Positions 13,262 to 24,254 of a stretch of DNA of 64,000 bases are shown piece after piece. A model generated the notes under the pieces. The model was not told where the DNA came from. It did not search any database and saw only the letters and a program-made list of their open reading frames with translations. The translations under genes and the position numbers were made by a program. The DNA is from Diadema antillarum (taxonomy: Eukaryota): positions 372,001 to 436,000 of the forward strand of contig NW_027271461.1 in the NCBI RefSeq assembly GCF_040938485.1. Reading direction: 5' to 3'. The number at the start of each line of letters is the position of its first letter. The stretch's first letter is position 1.

Positions 13262-14281
13262 TTACTTGCTATTTTGAGTGTTACGATGGTAACTGAAGGA
13301 AATGAAAACTAATCTTGTGGCCGTTGTTACGGGGCATTATTTCCCTGAAATTTGTTTGCTCAAGCGTGTACAATGTTTCTCATGTAGACTTTATATGGAA
13401 TGACGAAAATCTTACATTTTGCAGGTATACGAACATAATGTATTGCCATTCAGCTTAGTGCTGTACAGTTTAACACTTTTTTAGATGTTGTGCGTACACA
13501 CTACTGTTCTTTTTTGTGTCCACACACACCGACCGAAATAACAAACCTGTCCATAACACATTCTTGCGCCGTTAATCGCTGTGACTGTTACGTGTTAGGC
13601 CTATACTGTCGCTCAAAACTCAAACCAATGTAAAATGGATGCTCCAAACTTTCAAAAACTACCTTCTCACAAAGATTTATAGTATTCTCTCATATAGAAA
13701 GTGATTTTCACTTCCTTTAATGCGAAAGTATCAAACTTTGCGACATTCCTATTTCGCAATGCTTCATATCGACCAGGCCATACTTATGGTTTCTTTACTA
13801 TAAACAAAACTATCAACTGAAAAAACCCCAAACGTTGCATCTGCTGTCTGCATATTTTATAGGCCTCAGATTACGATCAACCAACTGGCTCTTAGCAACA
13901 CTCACTAAATAGTGAGTTACATGTATTATTTCATTTTTGCTCACTGCATTTATACTGGTATCATTGACGAATGTATCGGCTGACGTCGTGGACTGTTTGT
14001 GAATCATTATTAGGAATAGATTTTCAAATTCGATGGTTTTGTTTTTACTATTCAGAATAAAGTCTGTGGGTTGTCTGCTATGACAAACTGCATGTATCCT
14101 CAACAGTCGTCTGGCAGACTTAACGGTAACAAAATGTACATTAGTTCCCCGTATTACTTCCACGTGACTTCCGTATGCACACGAATGATAGGTGCGTTTA
14201 TTATTATGCATGAACTACGCATGCATCTAATCAACAAAATATAAAATATGTCACTATCAAGGAGATTTATATATATCTCTC

Positions 14282-14348
<67 letters not shown>

Positions 14349-17300
14349 TGTATGTACTGTTCTAATAGGTCCTTATCTTATATTACCATGCAGTTTACAT
14401 GCATATGTGTGTTTGGGTTTGTTCGCAAAAGCATTATAAAACCAGAGGTGACGTATTTCTTCTTTATGTTTTAGTACACTTTCTTATGGAGAACCCTAGC
14501 TGAGACTTTAATGATACGTACCCGAGTTAATTTGTTGGCAGGCCTTGTCAACAGGCCACCAACTTCAATGACTGATGGAGGCATCGGGGCCACTAAATCG
14601 ATCACAGGATCGGAGTTTGTCAACGTCAGTACAGACTTTTCTAAAAACTCTGTCATCGTCTGTTCTTCCATTATACCGAACTCATGACGAAGGGGATTGG
14701 CAATTCCCACAAAATATTCCATGATGAAGTACCTGGCCAAAACGGTTATGATCAAACTCTTGAGTCTCTGCCAAAAGTTCATCCTCTGTGGAGTGCCAGA
14801 GAGGCCTTCGGGGATGACTGCAGGCATGAATGGTGCACCGGCGAGTTCTGCTACGGAGTATTGGGAAGCTAGAGGATTATAGAAAACGGTTGGAGTGCCA
14901 ACATACGCGTTTAAAAGGATGCTGCATCCCCATGTAATATCAACGATAGTGATGTCAAACTTTGCATCACGTAACCTTCCCATCAGCGCCTCGTCGCTGA
15001 GAGCCGCCCGACAGTCCCAGACTAATGGCATTAGCCATTTCGACGGGGATAAAATGAGATCGGTGTTAAAATCTGCCTGGAAGGCAAAGGCTGCAATCTC
15101 ACGCGTGCGTCTGTACACCTTCTCCACGGGAACGGAGTGGTTGAAGATCTCGTAGCGAAAGAGTTTGGAGTGTACAGGATGTCTTGCACGGTACTCGTAT
15201 GCATTGCTAATCAGGTAGGTGACGTTGTGACCCCGCTTCACCAGGGCTTCGCCGATAGCTGTGGACGAGACGTAATGGCTACCCTCACCGTAAGTTACGG
15301 TTATGAACACGTTGAAGGGTAAAACACCAGCAATAAGAGAGGCAAAGACAAGTAATATGGCTTCATGTCGATCCGTCCGTATCATTCTTACCCCCATTGT
15401 GACTGAAAATTTGCCGCCAATCATCAAAATTACGCGATGTGTATAATTATTACACTAATCTCCGACAGGGAAAGGCTTCCAGCTAATTCACGTAGGGCCC
15501 ACTGTTAGTGCTTCGATCGCTTTTCCCGCACGTGTTATACGGAAGCTATTTTTGCACTGCCCGGCCACACTGTTTGCTTACTCGCTTTGATCAAACAAGG
15601 TCAGGGCATAAGCCGAAATTCACACGCACATTTTTATAGGGCCTATCATGTTCATTGCCACTATACTACTGCAACTAATGTCGTTCAAAACGGATCCCAC
15701 ATAGGCATGAATTCATGAGATCACAATATTAGCCACTCATCCGACAACCAGGACAACCGTGGAAACGCAAATTATGCAAAAGAAAGAAATTTCCATATTG
15801 CGATATTCAAATCACGTGGATATCACTTCTATTGTCCACTTTAGTCAAGAGTGAACATTTCCACTCATTTTCTTTTCTCGAGAGAGTATACCTCTTTAAG
15901 ACGATGTTGGCACTGAAGACGATAGTCACATAAGACGATAAGCACCACTGTCTCAATACCATACCACTTGATAAGACAATATAAACCACTTCCAGTGAAG
16001 ACAAAGTATAAGTACATTGTTAAAATGTGTTCAGCCTGTAGGCAAACCGAAAGACTGTTTTAGGTGCTTGCGTATAGGCTATAATAATAACTATCCACGG
16101 AAGGATTATAGTAGCAGATTACCATACATCGATGTGCACAGAGTACACCACGAAGAATCCTCATTATTACATGCATGACTTCCCTGCTTGGAAATTTCAT
16201 TTGACATGCTTGGGGTGTTCAGGGTTTCCATAGCACACACACTACACACAAACACACGTACAATCCATATCATAGAAGATGCCTGTTGAGATTTGACTTA
16301 TTAAAAGTTATAAGAAGCTTTGTCAAAGACGTTATTTTCTTCATTCTTCGCTAATGCTTTTGCAATCGACCCCTTTTATCATTAATCTAATGGAATTATA
16401 GCTTTTGGAAATGCATGATAACATGACTTGTATCCCTTTTTTAACATGTCTGTGTCGCTAAACAGGAAAATAGTGATAAACAGGGGCTTAATTTCCTGAT
16501 GGTGTAAATAAACATACCATATATTATATTATATAGCAAAGAATCTCTCATCTGTATCATCCACATGTTGACTGAATGGTTTCGTATTCACATAGACCTA
16601 ACGTGAGATTCTTGTCAGAGTGGGGAGGGAGAGTAGGCCTATAGAAGACATAATACTCAGTGTGTACATAGCAATTGCTTACTATCGCTTAAAATATTCC
16701 CCATCGAAATTTGACATACATGTATGGAGCTTTAACTGAACTATGACACATCAGTATCAGTAAATCAAAAGCACGTGATGTTTAATGTACACGCTCGTGA
16801 TCTTTGCCCCACGTCTATCAGGGAAGTGTTACAAATAAGTAACACCGATATCACCGAGTACACTGCAAAAAGTCCAGTGTTGAATAGTGAACACCGAGCT
16901 GGTGTTAAATTTTCGGTGCTCATTTATGGTGTTAGATTAACACCACCGGGTGTCATTTCCTAATTTTAAACTGTTTTTTGAAGAGTTTCTTAGTAACTGC
17001 ACTTCTTGTTGATTTTTAATTCAAACAAGACGATCAAGAATTTTACATTAAAATACTAGATTTTTGAAAAAATGTGAAAATGAATTTACACCAAAGTAAC
17101 ACCAGCTGGTGTGGTCTCTTATTGAAGCTGGACGGGTGTTAAACCATTGATATTAACACCAACAAATATCAAATCAACACCATGTGGTGTCATTTTTGAA
17201 TTAACACCAGTACAGTGTCAAAATAACACCAGGTACAGTGTCAAATTAACACCACTAAGTGTCAGGTGAACACTTTTCAACACCATCACAGTGCATTTTT

Positions 17301-20300
17301 AACACCTGTGGGTGTGGTCCTCTATTGAAGTTTGATCGGTGTTAGATTTAACACTCGTGGTGTTAAATCTAACACCGATGTTTTTACAGTGTACCTCTTT
17401 CTGTGCCAATGGGTCAAACCTTCACACTCATGGCCTGGAAATCAATGTGGCAAGAAGAGGGTTAAATGGCCGTCAGTTTTTCTCAAGCAGTCACTATAGT
17501 GAGCTCACGAGCATATAGCGAGACATTGAGACAGAGCAATAAAAACGTTTGAACCACGATGCATACTGTTACAAAACGTTTATCATTTTGTTCTGTAGTT
17601 ACGGAAATACAATGTATTTCTCTTAATCAAAAATGTTTTGCAAAAAAAGAGGGATTTCAACATAGCTACGGCTATATAATTCCTACCCTGTGGTTTGTTC
17701 ATCTTGCTTAAATAACAATGGATAACCCAATATTTGATACCTTTTCTACCGGTAGAGCTGGCCTTGTAAGAAGTCCGCCAACTGCGATGACGGATGGTGG
17801 GAAAGGAACAATACAGTCTATCACTGGGTCCATGGCCATAAGAGCTAGATGAATGTTTTCTAAATATTCTACCATAGATTTGTCTGTCATGAGGTGAAAC
17901 TCTTCCCTCAAGGGGTCAACCAGGCTAACATACCAATAGAACATCCGCTTCACCATAACCAACGACACTGCATTGGAAACTCGCTGGAGGAAGGTCATAC
18001 GCTGTGGAAAATCAAACAGTCCTGGTATTACAGCCGGAAGAAAAGGTGCTCCTGAGAGCAAATTTGCCACGTAATACTGGGACGCCATGGGGTTGAGGAG
18101 CACGTTGGTTGTATTCAGGTATCCACTGAGTAACAGGCTACATAGCCACGTGGTATCGAGAATTGTCACATCAAATTTGGCGCGTAACAGGCGATCCATA
18201 AGATCTTTGTCTCCCAGAGTGGAGCGACAGTCTTCTATGTAAGGAGAGATGAAATTAGAAAAGTTGACTAACAGATACCACTCAATACGCCACTCAAGAG
18301 CACATTTTACAGCTGCATCTGGTCTATTCTTCACTTCCTCAGCGGGAAATGGATGTTTGAATATTTCAAACGTGAAAAGTTTTGAGTGGATTGGATGATG
18401 AGCGCGATGTTCGAAGGCATCACCGATCAGAACCGTCACGTTATGTCCGCGTCGTACGAGGGCTTCTCCCACAGCAGTGCCCGCCATGTAGTGGCTTCCC
18501 TCTCCAGCGGTTGCGGTGATAAAGACATTACCACCTGATGAAAGCGACACACAACCAGAGACTATCGCCCCTATCACGAGAATTGCTTCCCTGATTTTGT
18601 ACATCATACTCATGGATCGTACTTATGGTTGTATCAAAGTTATGTAAGCATCGTATGCGCAACACATAAAACAGTGATCTTTCACAATCACATCGTGTGC
18701 AGGATCCCCACTGTATGATAAAGCACGTCAAAGCGCTATCCATGCGTAGTCTACTTTCCAGGCGGTCTATTCATTCCAAAATCTGTCCCAACTTCCAAGT
18801 AACTGTAGGTGTGAAACGCTTCCACGTGAAAAAAAGACTATCCAAAGTAGAAGTTATTCTTAATCTTCACAGAAAAACTAGCGTTACTTTGAATTTACAT
18901 TACACCACTCTCTTATGGGTTCCCATAACGGTTAATGCTTTTTATGAAAAATGTAGGGTCCAAAGTTTCTGTCTATATGGACTATTTTATATGTACACAC
19001 ATCATTTTTACTAATATGTTCGTTATTCCTTTCTTGATATTGCGTCATGCACTGTGTCAGGACACGGGGAAAAGACACTGACAGGTAAAATACAATTTAA
19101 ACTATATAGGAAGTCAATATTAACGTCACTTTGTAAATGATATAACTGCAGTGTCACAGATTATGAGATTTTATGTTTGTTTGGGTTACAGATAATAACA
19201 ATAAGCTCTACACCATTAATTTATCAAGTCATTAAAGGCACTATTCACCATTTGCAGATGCAACAAAAACACTGCTTTAGTGCTTCAGTTTTTAAATGTG
19301 AGTTAGGGATAGAAACAATCAATGTAAAAAAATGAATAAGTATAAGCAATGGTAATTATTGTTAAATATACAAAGTATGAACAATACTTGTAACAAAATG
19401 TTTCTAGACTAAACCGTCTATACGGTTATCATAATATGGTTTATTGAGAAAATAGTGATCTCCTTATATTTTAGGCTTTCTGGCGAAATTTTTATATGGT
19501 AGAATGTTTTGTGATATAACTAAATTACACTAAATACTTCGAACTTTTTATATGGCTGCGCCCAATGGTAAACAGTTTACCTTTAAACATAATGACATTC
19601 ATAGTCTATTTAAGTCCACAGTTGCCCATGACTCATCACATACTACATCCTTCACTGCGCTGACTGAATCTAACTTACCTAGACACAAGTATATACCCAA
19701 TGAATATATCAAATGGTGAACACTTTGAGAGAAAAGGAGTATTGCTTACCATGATTCAGAATAAGGTTTATGATCGATATAAAATTCGGGAGTGTGAAAT
19801 GTCTCTTAAATCACTCTTTCGCAATTGGATAGCCAATAACAATGTAAACATTGCCTTTATACACAGGCCACGATAGCGAGTTCCGTAAAACCAAATAGGG
19901 TCCTACATTTACATGACAATCTCATCTTCAACCACAAAACAAATCAAACAACCCAGAAACAACTTGAACTACCCTAAAAGCGAAATGATACTTCACCTTG
20001 TTTAGTTGTTGAGCTGGCTTTGTAAGCAATCCACCGACTTCAATGACAGAAGGAGGGAAAGGAACGATAAGATCCATCACTGGATCCATTGACATCAGAA
20101 TAAGGGAAAAGTTTGCCATGTAATCTGAGACAGATTTGTCTTGAAGTATGCCAAACTCGTCTATAAGTGGATTAATCAAAGTCCCGTACAGGTGGAATAA
20201 CTGTTTTAAGACAGTAAACCAGACTACATTGGTCACCCTTTGGAGGAAGGACATTCGTTGTGGTAATCCGAGTATTCCTCCTGGTATTACAGCGGGAAGA

Positions 20301-23300
20301 AAAGGTGCACCTGAAAGTAAATTTGCTATGTAATACTGGGACGCCATGGGGTTGAGGAGAATGTTGGTTGTATTCAGGTATTCACTGAGTAAAATGCTAC
20401 ATAGCCACGTGGCATCAAGGACTGTCACGTCAAATTTGGCGCGCGACAGGCGATCCATGAGATCGCGATCTCCAAGAGTCGCTCGACAATCCTCAATAAA
20501 TGGAGAATATATTTCGCTGAAATTCGTAATCAGTTCTAGATTGAGAGTCTGCTTGAAAGCCTGGCTGATTATTTTTTCCATTCGTGCGTGTACCTCATTA
20601 GCGGGAAATGGATGTTTGAATACTTCAAATTTGAAAAGTTTTGAGTGGATGGGATGGTGAACGCGATGTTCGAAGGCATCACCGATCAGAACCGTCACGT
20701 TATGTCCGCGTCGGACGAGGGCTTCTCCCACAGCAGTGCCCGCCATGTAGTGGCTTCCCTCTCCAGCGGTCGCGGTAATGAAGACATTGCCACCTGATGA
20801 AAGCGACACACAACCGAAGACTATCACACCTATCACGAGAATTGCTTCCCTGATTTTGTACATCGTACTCATGGATCGTACTTTAGGTTATAAGGCACCT
20901 ACAGTGTATTTATGCGCAGCACATAAAAACACTGAGCTTTAAAAATTTTTCACAATCACATAGTGTGCAGGGTCCCCGCTATACAAAAACACGTCACAGC
21001 GCTATCCGCTCGTCTACTTTCCAGGTGTTCTATTCATTTCAAAATCATTGGCCCGTATTCACGAAATGAAGCCATGGTTTGAACCTTGGTTTAAACTATG
21101 GACAAAAACGATGGAGCGCCAAGTTTAGTGTCGCAAGGAATATTTCGTTACGAAATTGGTCATTTCGTTGACAAAATAACCGTTTTGTTAACGAAATCAC
21201 CATGGACGAAATGTTCATTTAGTTACAGAATGTTGTCATATCGTTACAAAATAATCATTTCACCGACGAAATGACTGATTTCGCAACGAATTATTCCATG
21301 CGACACTTGGCGCTCCATGGTTTTTGCCCATGATTTAAACATGGTTTCATTATTTTGTACCACCTTCGTGAATTCGGGCCATTGTGTCCCAACTTCCAAG
21401 TAAAACACTGTGGGTGTGAAACGCTTCCACGTGAAAAAAAAAAAAGACTATCCAAAGTAGAAGTTATTCTTAATCTTCACAGAGAAACTATAGATTTACT
21501 TTGAATTTACATTACACCACTCTCTTATGGGTTCCCATAACGGTTAATGCTTTTTATGAGAATTGTAGGGTCCAAAGTTTCTGTCTATGGACTATTTTAT
21601 ATGTACACACATCATTTTTACTATTATGTTCGTTATTCTTTTGTTGATATTGCGTCATGCACTGTGTGAGGACATGGGGAAAAGACACTGACAGGCAAAA
21701 TACAATTTAAACTATAATGTAGTCAATATTAACATTACTTTCTAAATGATTTAAACTGCCGTGTCACAGACTATGAAATTTCGTGTTTTTTTAAATCTTA
21801 AGCTAATACAGATAATAACCATTATTTTTTAAGCTATAAACCATTTATCAAGGCATTAGAGGCACTATTTACCATTTGCAGATGCAACAAAAACCCAGCT
21901 TTAGTGCTTCAAAATACTTCTGAAAGTAATGTGAGTTAGGGACAAAAACAATCAATATAAAAAAACTGAATCAGTGTAAGCAATGGTAATTATTGTTAAA
22001 TATACAAAGTGTGAACAATAGTTGAAATAAAATGTTTCTAGACTAAACCGTCTATGTACGGTTATCATTTTATGGTTTATTGAAGAAATAGTGATCTCAT
22101 ATTTTAGGCTTTCTTGCGAAATTATTATAAGGTAACAGAATATTTTGTGATATAACTAAACTACACTAAATATGCATTAAATGTGATACCTCGAACATTT
22201 TTTTAGTGGCTGCGCCCAATGGTAAACAGTATACCTTCAGACATAATTCATATACAGTGTATATTATAGTCCATTTAAGTCTATGACAATTACTCATGAC
22301 TCATCGCATATTACATCCTTCACTGCGCTGACAGAATCTAACTTGCCTATCCAACACAAGTATACCCAAAGAATATATTGTATGGTGAACACTTTGAGTA
22401 AATGAGTATTGCTTACCATGATTCCGAATAAGGTTTATATTCGATATGAAATTCAGGTGTATGAAATGTCTCTGAAATCACTCTTTCGCAATTGGAGAGC
22501 CAATAAAGTCTTTGCCTCTATACGCAGGCCATGATAGCGAGTTACGCTTAAACCAAAGAGGTTTGAGAAATGGAGTAACAACAGTCTCATTTCCTTTGAT
22601 CCCATGTTTCATGCCGCCACTCAAAGATATTTGAAGTACGTGGTAAACTGGCGATGCCCCACAGATAGGAAGACAATTGATTCATGTGTCATTGCATCAT
22701 GACTCGTCACTCTCAAAGGAAGATATGTCTTTATGATGATAATTGATTTTCGCCGTCCCTTCTTAGAAAACAAGCGGCACATTAATAGCACAGGCACGGG
22801 GATGTGCGAATAAACATTTTACAAAAATTGATGAAATGAAAATCAAAATTACTCATTTTTACATGACTTTACACTAATCTAACATATAGATGTATAAAGA
22901 ACAATACTCGAAAATTACACCATATCAGTTTCATTTGTCGGAAGCGATCGGAAAGATGATAAAATCAGCTTTGTAGTGGGGGTACAGTTACAGATATTTT
23001 CACGACATACAGCTCAGGTTTACATTTTTGCGCATAATCTTGGACGGGATTTACTTTTGTTTCATATGCTTTATCATTAAGAGAACATTCATTCTATTTG
23101 ACAAATAAACAAGCAGAATATAGACGATAGAATGTTAGAGTTTAAAATGAATCTTCAGATTGCTCAAAAAGACGGCGGCATTGAACCCTGATCATCAAAG
23201 GCACAAGTGCACCTGTGGAATTCTTTTGTGCATCAATAGAAAAATGGCAGCTGTTTGAATAATTACAGCCAGTTGGAACTCCAGCTCTTAAACCTCCTTG

Positions 23301-24254
23301 CTTAAACTAAATAGGGTCCTACATTTACATGACTCCTCCCCCACAAAACAAATCAAACAACCAAGAAACGATTTGAACTACCCTAAAAGCGAAATGATAT
23401 TTCACCTTGTTTAGTTGTTGAGCTGGCTTTGTAAGCAATCCACCGACTTCAATGACAGAAGGAGGGAAAGGAACGATAAGATCCATCACTGGATCCATTG
23501 ACATCAGAATAAGGGAAAAGTTTGCCATGTAATCTGAGACAGATTTGTCTTGAAGTATGCCAAACTCGTCTCTCAGTGGATCAATAAAAGTCCCATACAG
23601 GTGGAATAACTGTTTTAAGACTATTAACGAGACTACATTGGACACCCTTTGGAGGAAGGTCATACGTTGTGGTAATCCGAGTATTCCTCCTGGTATTACA
23701 GCGGGAAGAAAAGGTGCACCTGAAAGTAAATTTGCTATGTAATACTGGGACGCCATGGGGTTGAGGAGAATGTTGGTTGTATTCAGGTATTCACTGAGTA
23801 AAATGCTACATAGCCACGTGGTATCAAGGACTGTCACGTCAAATTTGGCGCGCGACAGGCGATCCATGAGATCGCGATCTCCAAGAGTCGCTCGACAATC
23901 CTCAATAAATGGAGAGAATAATTCACTGAAATTCGCAATCAGTTCTAGATTGAAACTCTGCTTGAAAGCCTGGCTGAATATCTTTTCCATTCTTGCGTGT
24001 ACCTCATCAGCAGGAAATGGATGTTTGAATATTTCAAATTTGAAAAGTTTTGAGTGGATGGGATGGTGAGCGCGATGTTCAAAGGCATCACCGATCAGAA
24101 CCGTCACGTTATGTCCGCGTCGGACGAGGGCTTCTCCCACAGCAGTGCCCGCCATGTAGTGGCTTCCCTCTCCAGCCGTCGCGGTAATAAAGACATTGCC
24201 ACCTGCTGTCAACGAGAAAAGCATACATAAAATCAATATAATATGCCATTCCAT
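8841..24254 (-). CDS. UDP-glycosyltransferase locus: four alternative first exons sharing three constant exons (products about 526-535 aa)
   Basis: V exons 24254-23406, 20872-19997, 18613-17741 and 15397-14522 each join in frame to 11956-11737, 10963-10744 and 9132-8841. Products carry a signal peptide, catalytic GSH, the UGT signature WLPQNDLLGH...DQ, a TM helix and a KxKxx tail. Confidence 0.85.
9469..9549. repeat. (ATA)n microsatellite
   Basis: About 27 aat/ata units. Confidence 0.95.
9828..10501. mobile_element. Helentron/HINE (DINE-1/pearl-like) non-autonomous element with internal tandem repeats
   Basis: Starts aaacaagag...gctcacctga and ends tcaggtgagctaaaaa (subterminal inverted repeat). 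Contains about three internal units with gaagaagatgaaaatgtacaa and cccctagggatgctacctgccaagttt. Confidence 0.65.
10552..10724. mobile_element. Short MITE (cagggcac...gtgccctg), copy 1
   Basis: Terminal inverted repeats plus internal tgacaagttgtcag palindromes; related copy at 55187-55326. Confidence 0.7.
10744..10963 (-). CDS. UGT constant exon 2 (UDP-sugar binding signature)
   Basis: tttacag|GT [38 protein letters not shown]...QNNT, AC|gtgagt; 220 bp. Confidence 0.95.
11737..11956 (-). CDS. UGT constant exon 1
   Basis: ctcctgtag|GAA: ELDDFMNSAGDEGVIVFSLGTYV...WLPQNDLLG, G|gtaaag; phase-0 acceptor; 220 bp. Confidence 0.95.
14270..14345. repeat. Compound (CT)n(TA)n microsatellite
   Basis: Direct reading. 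Confidence 0.9.
14522..15397 (-). CDS. UGT variable first exon V1 (aglycone-binding N-domain)
   Basis: Signal peptide, GEGSHY, KFDITIVD, PPSVIEVGGLLTRPANKLTR, CGG|gtacgt phase 0. The start could also be 15427 or 15385. Confidence 0.92.
16861..17391. mobile_element. CMC-EnSpm-like (CACTG) MITE, copy 2, inverted relative to copy 1
   Basis: ta|cactgcaaaaag...tttttacagtg|ta, 2-bp TSD TA; about 95% or more identical by eye to 3298-3828. Confidence 0.85.
17741..18613 (-). CDS. UGT variable first exon V2
   Basis: MSMMYKIREAILVIG signal peptide, GEGSHY, ...GGLLTRPALPVEK, AAG|gtatca phase 0; intact 291 codons. Confidence 0.92.
18614..19996. repeat. Inter-exon spacer copy S' (duplicate of 20873-23405)
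   Basis: Collinear with 20873-23405 (e.g. ccacgtgaaaaaa.gactatccaaagtagaagttattc, ctagactaaaccgtcta) apart from two large indels. Confidence 0.9.
19236..19582. mobile_element. Kolobok-like TTAA MITE in spacer S' (paralogous copy 21860-22236)
   Basis: ttaa|aggcactattcaccatt...aatggtaaacagtttacct|ttaa: imperfect TIR with TTAA TSD; present in both spacers, so it predates the duplication. Confidence 0.6.
19997..20872 (-). CDS. UGT variable first exon V3 (V2-type leader, V4-type body)
   Basis: MSTMYKIREAILVIG..., GEGSHY, ...GGLLTKPAQQLNK, AAG|gtgaag phase 0; intact 292 codons. Confidence 0.92.
21050..21380. mobile_element. PIF/Harbinger-like palindromic MITE in the V3 upstream region
   Basis: att|ggcccgtattcacgaa...ttcgtgaattcgggcc|att: 16-bp TIR, 3-bp TSD ATT; absent from the paralogous spacer; related copy at 54908-55129. 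Confidence 0.8.
21860..22236. mobile_element. Kolobok-like MITE in spacer S
   Basis: Paralog of 19236-19582 with decayed TTAA ends. Confidence 0.55.
23406..24254 (-). CDS. UGT variable first exon V4
   Basis: MEWHIILILCMLFSLTAGG signal peptide, GEGSHY, ...GGLLTKPAQQLNK, AAG|gtgaaa phase 0; intact 283 codons. Confidence 0.92.

Larger units (their letters stand above)
20873..23405. repeat. Inter-exon spacer copy S (duplicate of 18614-19996)
   Basis: Collinear with S' plus a 331-bp MITE and an extra segment of about 750 bp. Confidence 0.9.

Noticed and set aside
13813-14211. 132-aa minus-strand ORF between V1 and the constant exons as a fifth or pseudo V exon
   Set aside because: No similarity to UGT N-domain motifs (GSH, FD..I.D, PPSV...GG).
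15428-15700. Xenobiotic-response or other transcription-factor sites upstream of the V exons
   Set aside because: No full consensus XRE was seen, and short motif matches are not distinguishable from chance.
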